From positions 1-14,809 of the forward strand of contig JANRJA010000005.1 of the NCBI GenBank assembly GCA_033764315.1: a stretch of 14,809 nt of DNA. The letters run 5' to 3'. A program made the translations under genes and the position numbers. This document shows positions 1 through 7,713 of the stretch, piece by piece. The stretch comes from Oculatellaceae cyanobacterium bins.114 (GTDB lineage: Bacteria; Cyanobacteriota; Cyanobacteriia; Elainellales; Elainellaceae). The notes under the pieces are model-generated. The model did no database searches, was not told the origin of the DNA, and worked only from the letters and a program-made list of their open reading frames with translations. The first letter of the stretch is position 1. Each line of letters opens with the position of its first letter.

Positions 1-41
1 TTTGAGATGGGTTTGGTAGGATGGAGGCAATATATTCATTG

Positions 42-77
42 GGATAGGTCTGCCTAAAAAACGACCTATCCTTTTTT
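42..77 (+). terminator. Candidate intrinsic terminator for an upstream + strand transcript
   Basis: Perfect 9-bp inverted repeat GGATAGGTC (42-50) / GACCTATCC (63-71) followed by TTTTTT (72-77). The loop is long (12 nt). Confidence 0.45.
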
Positions 78-369
78 ACTAGATTTTGCTCAAATTGTTA
101 CCCGATCAGCCTTAGAGCTGTGTTTGTCACCCCGTCAGCTCCTTTTTACCAAGACTTCTTCACGGCAACTGGAGCGAGAGTGCTAGAGACTAGAACTCCA
201 CGGAGCATGGCTGTTTGGCTGCGCCAGTATCGTCACGCTGCTCAAAAAGCGATGCTTCAGCTACGTCAACCTTGATATCAAGATACAACTGAGAGGGCTA
301 GTTCCCGTAATAAGCAGAACTGGGGATATGAGAAACGTTGCACACAAGTTATTAATGCGTGGGATTGAA

Positions 370-1728
370 TCAATGAGCTTGCTCCCACGCTTTCATCTTG
401 CCGGGATTGAGTAAGCCGTAAGGATCGACCATTTCTTTAAATTGCAGCTGCACTGGATCGATCGTTTTGCGACCTCCATCTTCCAAGATGTAAGTGTGGG
501 GATTGGCAATAAATGCGCCGTTGTCTTCGTGATATTGGATGATTTCCTGTAGCCGCTCAGGCGTTGAAAAGCGAACAATTTGTAGTGCTGCTGGCAGCAC
601 ACACCCGCCCACCCGAATGAACTCTAGATGCATCATGGCTTCATCGCCAAAGTGGTGATACATATGATCGAGCAGTTTCAGGTCTTTGTCGAACGGAAAC
701 AGCGTTTGCAGATACGTCAATGTTGGGTCAACACTGCGGGCGTGGAGGGTGGTGTGGTTCCAGCTAAATTCAGCGATCGCCGCTCCTTTACTGGCTTCCT
801 GGGCTGTTTTTTGATAGCAGATGGTGCCGCCAAACTCTCGTACTAATTCGCCAAATGGCTCCAAACAAGGTTCGGCAATCATCAACAGAGCACAGTGACT
901 ATCAGTTGGAATGAAGCTCCGCAATGCGGCAAAGTAATTGGAAATGGGGGAAGCACAGATGCAAATCAGTTTTTTGATGATGCCGTCTGAGTCGCCTAAC
1001 GCCTGACCAAAGCGAGCAGCTGTCATGAAATCAGGGAAGGTGACGATCAGTTCTGCCCAGGGATAGGCGGGGCCTAACGGAATCTCTAGTTCGGTTATGA
1101 TGCCGTTTGTGCCATAGGCATGGTTCACTTTTTGCACATCGTCGCCGCGCAACTCGATCACCCGCGGTTCGTCTTCCATTGTCACTACCCGGACTGCATG
1201 CAGATTGCCGCGATCGCGCAATTGCCCATAGGTGATCGAGCCAATGCCGCCACTGCCGCCACCGATGAATCCTCCAACGGTTGCGGTGCGGTAGGTGGAG
1301 GGTGCCATGCGGATCTCCCACCCGATTTCACGAGTTTGTTTGTCGAGACTGACCAGTTTGACTCCGGGTTCGACACACGCCAGACCGGGCTTCACCCACT
1401 TGACGCTTTGCATCCGGGTCAAATCGAGAATCACCCCCCCTTGTAAGGGAACGCACTGCCCGTAGTTGCCCGTCCCTGCCCCCCGAATCGTCAGGGGAAC
1501 TCGAAATTGAACACAGGTTTTAGCAACTTTGAGCACCTCTGATTCATCGACTGGGCGCACCACTAAATCGCCGACTTTGTCAGACAACAGGGCTTGCAAG
1601 ATGGGGCTATAGCTGTAGTAATCGCGAGAGAGTTTGGCGATTTGAGTCGCATCGCGAATCACTTCTATGCTTCCTAATGCGGTGACGAAGGCATCCCAAT
1701 CGATTGACGGTACTGTTGTTGCGGTCAT
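370..1728 (-). CDS. FAD-binding oxidoreductase (FAD-linked oxidase, GlcD/VAO-type fold)
   Basis: 452-aa ORF with the FAD-binding motif RGAGTGNYGQ, then TVGGFIGGGSGG, GTNGIITE and the typical C-terminal DPYGLLNPGK. Confidence 0.9.
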   Translation of the reverse strand: MTATTVPSIDWDAFVTALGSIEVIRDATQIAKLSRDYYSYSPILQALLSDKVGDLVVRPVDESEVLKVAKTCVQFRVPLTIRGAGTGNYGQCVPLQGGVILDLTRMQSVKWVKPGLACVEPGVKLVSLDKQTREIGWEIRMAPSTYRTATVGGFIGGGSGGIGSITYGQLRDRGNLHAVRVVTMEDEPRVIELRGDDVQKVNHAYGTNGIITELEIPLGPAYPWAELIVTFPDFMTAARFGQALGDSDGIIKKLICICASPISNYFAALRSFIPTDSHCALLMIAEPCLEPFGELVREFGGTICYQKTAQEASKGAAIAEFSWNHTTLHARSVDPTLTYLQTLFPFDKDLKLLDHMYHHFGDEAMMHLEFIRVGGCVLPAALQIVRFSTPERLQEIIQYHEDNGAFIANPHTYILEDGGRKTIDPVQLQFKEMVDPYGLLNPGKMKAWEQAH

Positions 1729-1820
1729 GCAGTCAGTTTGATAAATACAAAAGCGACAAGTGGTAACTATTAAACACTGTACCGTTCTGAAAGACTACCA
1801 ACTGGTATTTAGACTACCTA

Positions 1821-1913
1821 TATAGCAGTCCTAAATCATTTGTGAGATTAGCAGGTTGTGAGAGGCGCACCCAGGAGGGGTGCGCCTCTCACAACTCATT
1901 TGGGATTGCTATA
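1821..1913. mobile_element. 93-bp MITE-like element with TATAGCA termini and an internal perfect hairpin
   Basis: 27-bp terminal inverted repeats 1821-1847 / 1887-1913 (23/27 matching; TATAGCAGTCCTAAAT... / ...ATTTGGGATTGCTATA). Internal perfect 18-bp inverted repeat GTTGTGAGAGGCGCACCC (1855-1872) / 1878-1895 with loop AGGAG. Confidence 0.75.
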
Positions 1914-1983
1914 GATAATGAATGGGCGTGAAACCAATAGAATAAAAGCAAGCTAGAGTAGCAGGGCAACTCCGATTAATAGC

Positions 1984-2556
1984 ATGACCCAAGCCAAGGT
2001 TAGATTCCAAAGCTTTGACGAATATCTGTCCTATGACGACGGGACGGATTGTTTGTATGAATTGTTTAACGGAGAATTAATTGAAGTGCCACCAGAATCA
2101 GGGGAAAATACAGCGATCGCTTTTTTTCTAGCCCTTCAATTTGCCGCGATTGTAGGTCATTTAAGAGTCAGACCTCACGGGTTAGAACTGGAAGTGCGAG
2201 GAGAACCTAAAAATCGCTATCCAGACCTGACGATTTTGCGGGAAGACCATATTGAGCAATTGCGTCGTCGCAATACCCTACGCTTGTCGATGGCTCCACC
2301 CGTGTTGGTGGTTGAAGTGGTTAGCCCTGGTGAATTGCAGCGAGACAGAGATTACGTCGCTAAACGAATGCAGTATCAAGACCGAGGCATTCCGGAATAT
2401 TGGATTATTGACCCCCAGCTTAAAACGGTGTTGGTGTTAGAACTCGCCGATGATGTTTACAGGGAAGTGGCTACCTATAGTGGAGAGGAGATTGTGCGAT
2501 CGCCTCAGTTGGGTGAACTGAATTTGACGGTTGCTCAGTTATTGGCGGCGGATTGA
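1984..2556 (+). CDS. Uma2 family (DUF820) PD-(D/E)xK-type putative endonuclease
   Basis: 190 aa with YELFNGELIEVPPES, RYPDL, PVLVVEVVSPG, RDYVAKRMQY and GIPEYWIIDP, the characteristic cyanobacterial Uma2 motifs. Confidence 0.93.
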   Translation: MTQAKVRFQSFDEYLSYDDGTDCLYELFNGELIEVPPESGENTAIAFFLALQFAAIVGHLRVRPHGLELEVRGEPKNRYPDLTILREDHIEQLRRRNTLRLSMAPPVLVVEVVSPGELQRDRDYVAKRMQYQDRGIPEYWIIDPQLKTVLVLELADDVYREVATYSGEEIVRSPQLGELNLTVAQLLAAD

Positions 2557-2769
2557 GGGTGGGAGATTGAGGGTGGGGGCGATCGCCACGGCTTTGAGGG
2601 CAATCCCTCCCTCTGGTTTGAAGAGAAAGAGGAGGGCGATCGCCACCAAAATTAGCAGCGTAAACCAGTTTTTAGAGACAATCAGTTCTGCTACCCACCG
2701 CACAAGGGTAGATACCGTTTCGGTCAACTGCTTAACCGCATCACTAGAAGGGGGCAACTCAGGACTCAT
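2539..2769 (-). pseudogene. Probable truncated N-terminal membrane-anchor fragment of a larger protein
   Basis: 76-aa ATG-initiated ORF with an amphipathic segment and a hydrophobic helix (NWFTLLILVAIALLFLF). From memory it resembles N-termini of cyanobacterial STAND/WD40 proteins. The tail degenerates and overlaps the uma2 3' end. Confidence 0.45.
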
Positions 2770-2801
2770 CTAAAGGTTGGGGGCAAGGCGATGGGCAACT
2801 G

Positions 2802-2890
2802 AGGGGTTTAGATCCCCGGTTTCTCGCTGGAGCTGACTAGAAGGTGTCTGATGACATCCCTAGAAACCGGCGATCTGGAATAGTCGCACA
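2802..2890 (+). repeat. 89-bp hairpin element, copy 1 (pair A, downstream of NACHT gene)
   Basis: Internal arms AGATCCCCGGTTTCT (2810-2824) / AGAAACCGGCGATCT (2862-2876), tail TAGTCGCACA. 74/89 ungapped identity to the reverse complement of 5456-5544. Confidence 0.9.
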
Positions 2891-3019
2891 GGGGGTTTCT
2901 GAAAAGGCAACTCAGCAAAATTTTACTCTAGAAATATTAAATGCGGGAACGAAATGAATTTGCTCGTCTCCAGGTTTGACGTGTGGATAAGACAAAGCCT
3001 CGTCACGAGCATTTAACCT

Positions 3020-5314
3020 TTAGATCTCTTCCTCAATGCCTAGCTTTAATAGGTTCCTCGTGATCTTGTGATAGGTTTCATCACTTGTTTTTCGAGACCG
3101 ATTCATACATTCAGAGAGCAATTTAGTAGCATCATAATATTGCCGCAGAGCATTCTTTTCTTCTTCACTAAAATTCCAATCACAGCGCAGATTGAGTCGC
3201 AATAACATCAGTTTTTGAATTCGGTCTTGCCAATAAGATTGTCTAAATTTCCACCAATCTCTCGCATGTGGATAATTCGATAGATCCTTCTCAATTTGAA
3301 TCAGCCACCCCTCAAGTGACGTTTCCATTTGCACATCTGAACCCTTGACTTTTTCATAAATCTTTTTGACAACATTGAGAAATAGTTCATGTTGCGTAGA
3401 GCTGGCATGAAAAGCACGATAAAACAACAGATGGAGATCCAACGCTTTGCTGGAGATGATGCTAGTTGCAGTGGAGTAATCGGGGAAATCAAATTTGCCT
3501 CTAGAAGCTGAGACAAGGCTAGAAGTCGCCCCGGTATCTTCAATCGTAAAGACAAAATACCAGGCTCGTAACAGAGTATGTTTATAGGGCTGATCCAAGG
3601 GAACGGTATGAGCCAGGGAATTAACAAAGGTGTTAATCCACTTTAAAAAGTCACAAAGTTTCTTCTTAGAGTCAACAAAGATATCTAGGCTTTGCTTACA
3701 GTTTTCGATAAAGCTATCAATAGACGATTCATCTAATAGTTCTGCAATCAACTCAATGACAAATCGCCAGCGGTTTTCAGTGATATGTTTGTAAACCACA
3801 TCATATTTCTGATTAGAAACCAGATAATTGGCAGTGAAGTATTCTTGAAAGGTGAGATGGGAGAATGAACAGTAATTGGATGTTCTGGCGACCAGCAACC
3901 CATGTTGTAACTCAATCGTTTGCAGAATGGCACTGGCAGAAATGTGAATGGGGTCAATCTTATAAACCTTCTCAAAAAAGCCCTCGATAATGAGTTCGAC
4001 ATCTCGCTTCCAAAAAAATATTTTCTGCTCTAAAAAAAACTTGGTTGCAATATAGCTCAAGAGTACTTTTTTGGCTCTGGGCTTTAACAGTTGGTAATGA
4101 GCATCTTGGACGCTATTATTACGCTCAACATTACGAAAAACATCCCATTGCTCTAGCAAAATTTCAATTCCTCGCTGATATAAATCAGACCGAGTACGTG
4201 GAAACTGCCCGTCTGAGTCAAACACCAGACAGAGCAACGTCAACAAGAGAGGTGTGCGAGCTAACTCAGCCAGGGCAATGTTGCGGCTCAGCCGATCCAT
4301 AAACTGTGAACTGCGATCGGCTTGGTCAATAATTTCAAACCACCGTTGAGAAAACGCTGCAATTTGTCTGCGATTAAAGTCAGCAATCACGACTTCTTCA
4401 AATCCGGGCAATCGCATTCGCAGGGGAGGTCTGCAACTAAAAACAAACCGACACTTATTAAAGCGAGTAACAATCTCTTGGGTTTGATTTTGCACTCGGC
4501 GGCGATCGCTCTCTTGCACCTCATCTAACCCATCCAACAGCAACAACACTCGCCCTTCCATTAACAAGCGATGCGTTACGGTGGTGGGGTTATTGACTCG
4601 ACAAGAAGCTAAATATTGCTCAATGTAGTTTTGCAGGGTAGGTTGACGTTCTGCTTCAGCAAAATCCTTAAAGATCAGAAATATAGGAACGTAATTGGAA
4701 AAAAAACTGCCTTGACTGCAACGCAGGGCTAACCATTGCAAATAGGTGGTTTTGCCTGAACCAGGCTTGCCATACACAAACAACCGTTCATGGTGTTGAG
4801 CAACCGTTTCCCCTGCAAATCGCTGACTGTTGAGCACGCGAAACCCAAAACGGTCAAAGTTAATGTCATCCGCTTCGCCTTGAAGACTTTCCTCATCTGC
4901 AATACTGCTCTCTGAAGCGTGGGGTTTCACCAGTTGAGCATCAATATAAACTCCGCCAGTTTCAACATTTCTGGATGTCACCAAAAGCTGCATGACTCCA
5001 CAATCGTTTTGAATTCGATGTTGAACACTTTTGCGAACTTGTTTGACGAGGGTTTCTAAATCATCATTCTCATCCGCGATAGTTGCCCCATTGGGTTCCG
5101 CACCAATTTGCTCAGCGATCGTGTCAAGGGCAGCACAAATGGCATCAAACTTCTCATACTCTAAGTTGGCTCGATTAAAGAAGCGAAAAACAGTAGTGCG
5201 ATCGACTCCTGCTTCTCGTGCAAGTCTGGTTTTATTTCCATCAAATATTTCGTTTAACGCTAAATTGGCAACCTTAAGACCATCGTTTGTTAACTGCAAG
5301 CGATTCGGTGACAT
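3020..5314 (-). CDS. NACHT-family STAND NTPase with N-terminal Cro/XRE-like HTH and C-terminal helical (NCH2-like) domain
   Basis: 764 aa. HTH KTRLAREAGVDRTTVFRFF, Walker A GKPGSGKTT, Walker B LLLLDGLDE, LARTPLLLTLLC, FSHLTFQEYFTA, and C-terminal WNFSEEEKNALRQYYDATKLLSECMN. Confidence 0.92.
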   Translation of the reverse strand: MSPNRLQLTNDGLKVANLALNEIFDGNKTRLAREAGVDRTTVFRFFNRANLEYEKFDAICAALDTIAEQIGAEPNGATIADENDDLETLVKQVRKSVQHRIQNDCGVMQLLVTSRNVETGGVYIDAQLVKPHASESSIADEESLQGEADDINFDRFGFRVLNSQRFAGETVAQHHERLFVYGKPGSGKTTYLQWLALRCSQGSFFSNYVPIFLIFKDFAEAERQPTLQNYIEQYLASCRVNNPTTVTHRLLMEGRVLLLLDGLDEVQESDRRRVQNQTQEIVTRFNKCRFVFSCRPPLRMRLPGFEEVVIADFNRRQIAAFSQRWFEIIDQADRSSQFMDRLSRNIALAELARTPLLLTLLCLVFDSDGQFPRTRSDLYQRGIEILLEQWDVFRNVERNNSVQDAHYQLLKPRAKKVLLSYIATKFFLEQKIFFWKRDVELIIEGFFEKVYKIDPIHISASAILQTIELQHGLLVARTSNYCSFSHLTFQEYFTANYLVSNQKYDVVYKHITENRWRFVIELIAELLDESSIDSFIENCKQSLDIFVDSKKKLCDFLKWINTFVNSLAHTVPLDQPYKHTLLRAWYFVFTIEDTGATSSLVSASRGKFDFPDYSTATSIISSKALDLHLLFYRAFHASSTQHELFLNVVKKIYEKVKGSDVQMETSLEGWLIQIEKDLSNYPHARDWWKFRQSYWQDRIQKLMLLRLNLRCDWNFSEEEKNALRQYYDATKLLSECMNRSRKTSDETYHKITRNLLKLGIEEEI

Positions 5315-5455
5315 TTATAAATTCGGTCAAGTATTAGCACGCCTGATAAATACCTATAATTCTACGCATTTAGGAAAAAAATGCCAGGTTTAAATATTAC
5401 AAATCCAGGTGTGGAATACCAAGGGTTTATGCTGAGGGAATAGTCTCTAAACCTA

Positions 5456-5544
5456 TGTGCGACTATGCTAGATCCCCGGTTTGTAGGGATGTAACAAGGC
5501 ACCTTTCAGGCAACTCCAACGAAAAACCAGGGATCTAAACCCCT
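5456..5544 (-). repeat. 89-bp hairpin element, copy 2 (pair A, upstream of NACHT gene, inverted)
   Basis: TGTGCGACTATGCTAGATCCCCGGTTT...AAACCAGGGATCTAAACCCCT. The reverse complement aligns to 2802-2890 with 15 mismatches and no gaps. Confidence 0.9.
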
Positions 5545-5582
5545 ACATGGCACATCGCGTTCTCTAAATAAATTCACCCCTC

Positions 5583-5609
5583 TATAGCAATCCTATTGGA
5601 TTCGTGAAA
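5583..5609. mobile_element. Single end of a TATAGCAATCC-type MITE (same family as 1821-1913); partner end degenerate or lost
   Basis: TATAGCAATCCTATTGGATTCGTGAAA resembles the terminal repeats of 1821-1913. Only AGGATTG (5698-5704) could be a remnant of the other end. Confidence 0.55.
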
Positions 5610-5820
5610 AAGCTTAGGAGTAGGGTCATTCGCCAGTCGTCAAGGGTTTGAGAGAATGGGGGGCAATTTAATCCACAGTCTGATACAATACGTTTTCAGG
5701 ATTGTCCTTGAATGAGCATTTTGTTTGAGTGGATGTCGTTGGTTGATCTCTACACCGACTAGCGACTGATCCCCAAAAGATTTTACTTTGGTGAATTGTT
5801 AAGTTTCTTTAAAACATCCC

Positions 5821-5836
5821 TGTTGCAGTGTTGCAG
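5821..5836. promoter_or_regulatory. Tandem direct repeat TGTTGCAG x2, candidate operator
   Basis: Perfect 8-bp tandem repeat about 75 bp upstream of ATG 5910, in the divergent region facing an HTH-bearing gene. Function is inferred. Confidence 0.35.
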
Positions 5837-5909
5837 AAACACTATTTCTCCGACTGCCACTATTTACAAAGGTAGTGTGAGAGATTTCTTTTCAACTGCG
5901 AGGGGTCTT

Positions 5910-6266
5910 ATGGTCTACCAAGTTGAGTCAGGTTCGAGTTTGGGTTCATGTCATCATCCACACTTGTCGTGCCCTCAGTGCAATCAGACGAGCATTCTCC
6001 AACACGGCAGCCTTTTGATGTGTGTTCGATGCGACTATCGTCGTGATATTTCTCAAACTGAAACTCCACCCAGCCCATCACCAGACGGCTCGTTGGCTAT
6101 TTTTGTGGGGTTGCTTGGGCTTATTTTGCTTCTTTGGACGTCAGTTGCGAGGGAACAACGAAATGACAACTCAGCTTTACCTTCTCGATACAGTGCAACT
6201 ATTTCCTCTGTCAGTGCCTGGCAAAGTGATCGATATGATCACCTCGGAGGAACCTGGGCGAGTTAA
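5910..6266 (+). CDS. Small Zn-ribbon plus single-transmembrane protein (118 aa)
   Basis: ATG at 5910 preceded by GAGGGG. CPQC...CVRC cysteine pairs, a Pro/Ser linker, and the hydrophobic helix LAIFVGLLGLILLLWTSVA. Confidence 0.65.
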   Translation: MVYQVESGSSLGSCHHPHLSCPQCNQTSILQHGSLLMCVRCDYRRDISQTETPPSPSPDGSLAIFVGLLGLILLLWTSVAREQRNDNSALPSRYSATISSVSAWQSDRYDHLGGTWAS

Positions 6267-6414
6267 ATTTCAATCGAGTGAGTGGCCTGCTCAATTCTAT
6301 CGGTCAAATTTCTCGCTCATCGCACTTCCAGGCACCTGGGTTAGTGTGATTGGGATAAAGGGCATTACCTTGCTTGTTACCCCTTTGCACCTAAGTGTGT
6401 CTGAAACTTATTGA
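6163..6414 (+). CDS. NfeD-like C-terminal (OB-fold) protein, stand-alone cyanobacterial type (83 aa)
   Basis: ATG at 6163 after GAGGG. The pattern GKV...PGRVKFQSSEWPAQ...PGTWVSVIGIKGITLLVTP matches NfeD OB domains. Confidence 0.8.
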   Translation: MTTQLYLLDTVQLFPLSVPGKVIDMITSEEPGRVKFQSSEWPAQFYRSNFSLIALPGTWVSVIGIKGITLLVTPLHLSVSETY

Positions 6415-6522
6415 GGTATGTAGTGCGAATGTTGTGAGCTACTAGCAACAACTTCCCAGTGGGCACGGCACATTTTAAGCTGTTTGGGACTATTCATTCT
6501 CCCAACAACTTAGTTGAAATCG

Positions 6523-6562
6523 AAGGGCGATCGCTTCTCAACCCAAGAGGCGATCGCTTTTT
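6523..6562 (+). terminator. Candidate intrinsic terminator built from two HIP1 sites
   Basis: GGCGATCGCTTCT ... AGAGGCGATCGCT can pair (with G:U) and is followed by a T run. It lies about 110 bp after the NfeD-like stop. Confidence 0.5.
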
Positions 6563-6743
6563 GATAGGTCAACTCCTGATGATAGATTTCTCTCTAGATC
6601 TCTCTACAACCGTGTCCCATTTCAACTGATTTGGAAAACTTTGTAGAAATCTACCGAATTTCAGTTGAAGTTTTACTAAAATTTGATTTGTGAATGGGTG
6701 AAAATTTGTTCTACTTAAAGGTGTAGATAATTTCGCATCTGCT

Positions 6744-7529
6744 ATGGCAACACCTGCTGACGCACGTTTAGTTCTCAGAATTACTCAACCGACTCTGCTC
6801 AAACGCCGTGTTGCGTCTGAAGCAGACCTGTTGTCTGAAGAAAAAGTTTCTAAAGACCCCTGTCGAATTTATCTGCATTCCTATGCTTATGCAGTTCCTG
6901 GAGAAGACCTGCAAGACCATTACAAGGTTTGTTTTGAGGCTCCCTTTAATGGCTCTAGCGTTTGGTATATCCACAAAACTCACTGCATGATTGAGGGGCC
7001 TACACCACCGCCACCACCAAAACCTCAACCTGACCCTCAAGCCACCGCTAAACCTATTTCTACACCATCGCCTCAAGCTGATACTACAAAACCGGGCAAA
7101 GGCAAAATTAACCAGGCGGGTCTAGATCTGATCAAGCAGTTTGAAGGGTTAAGGCTAGAGGCTTATCTTTGTCCGGCAAAGGTGCCAACCATTGGTTATG
7201 GCACGACGGCTGGGGTCAAGATGGGCGATCGCATTACGGCTGAGCAAGCCGAAGATTTGTTACGTAAAGACGTTGAAAAGTTTGAAAAGGCCGTCAATAG
7301 CGCAGTGACTGTTCCCTTAACGGACAATCAATTTAGCGCGTTAGTCTCCTTTACCTATAACCTAGGGGCTGGGGCACTGCAAAAGTCAACATTGCTAAAA
7401 CTGCTAAACCAGGGCAATTATGAGGCGGCAGCGCAGGAATTTCTCAAGTGGAACAAAGCCGCTGGAAAAGTGTTACCTGGCTTAACCCGTCGTCGTCAAG
7501 CTGAGCAAGCCCTTTTCTTAAAGAAATAA
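6744..7529 (+). CDS. GH24 (phage/T4-lysozyme-like) muramidase with N-terminal accessory domain and Pro-rich linker
   Basis: C-terminal GLDLIKQFEGLRLEAYLCPAKVPTIGYG (E-x8-C-x5-T triad), QFSALVSFTYNLG, STLLKLLN and LPGLTRRRQAE. Linker PTPPPPPKPQPDPQ. Confidence 0.92.
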   Translation: MATPADARLVLRITQPTLLKRRVASEADLLSEEKVSKDPCRIYLHSYAYAVPGEDLQDHYKVCFEAPFNGSSVWYIHKTHCMIEGPTPPPPPKPQPDPQATAKPISTPSPQADTTKPGKGKINQAGLDLIKQFEGLRLEAYLCPAKVPTIGYGTTAGVKMGDRITAEQAEDLLRKDVEKFEKAVNSAVTVPLTDNQFSALVSFTYNLGAGALQKSTLLKLLNQGNYEAAAQEFLKWNKAAGKVLPGLTRRRQAEQALFLKK

Positions 7530-7713
7530 GCAGTGGAGAGTAGAGAATAGGAAATGGGAACCCTTTTCTCTCTCGATATCTCTTCAAAACCGGATTGACC
7601 CCAATTCTCTATACAATCGATAGCTTTTTCAATAGGTTGGGCGGTTGATTCAGTTCTGCCTCATTCCCCATTTTTGATAGGCTGAATATAACTTCCCTAA
7701 ATAACAACAAGGA

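Noticed and set aside
120-275. 51-codon GTG-initiated ORF (VFVTPSAPFYQDFF...LRQP)
   Set aside because: Short, with no recognisable motif or RBS. It cannot be supported from sequence alone.
2803-5543. Tn3-family element suggested by GGGG-starting inverted ends
   Set aside because: No 5-bp target duplication (ACTGA vs TACAT), no Tn3-like 38-bp IR, and copies 3/4 lack the GGGG.
5796-6162. Long starts at 5796 and 6022 given in the ORF track
   Set aside because: Non-ATG starts with non-protein-like extensions. ATG 5910 and ATG 6163 have RBS-like sequences and begin at the recognisable domains.
6703-6728. AATTTGTTCTACTTAAAGGTGTAGAT resembles a Cas12a crRNA handle (AATTTCTACT...GTAGAT)
   Set aside because: Single imperfect copy with no spacers and no cas gene in the window.
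6744-7529. Prophage
   Set aside because: Apart from the lysozyme there are no structural, integrase, holin or replication genes, and ispH follows directly.
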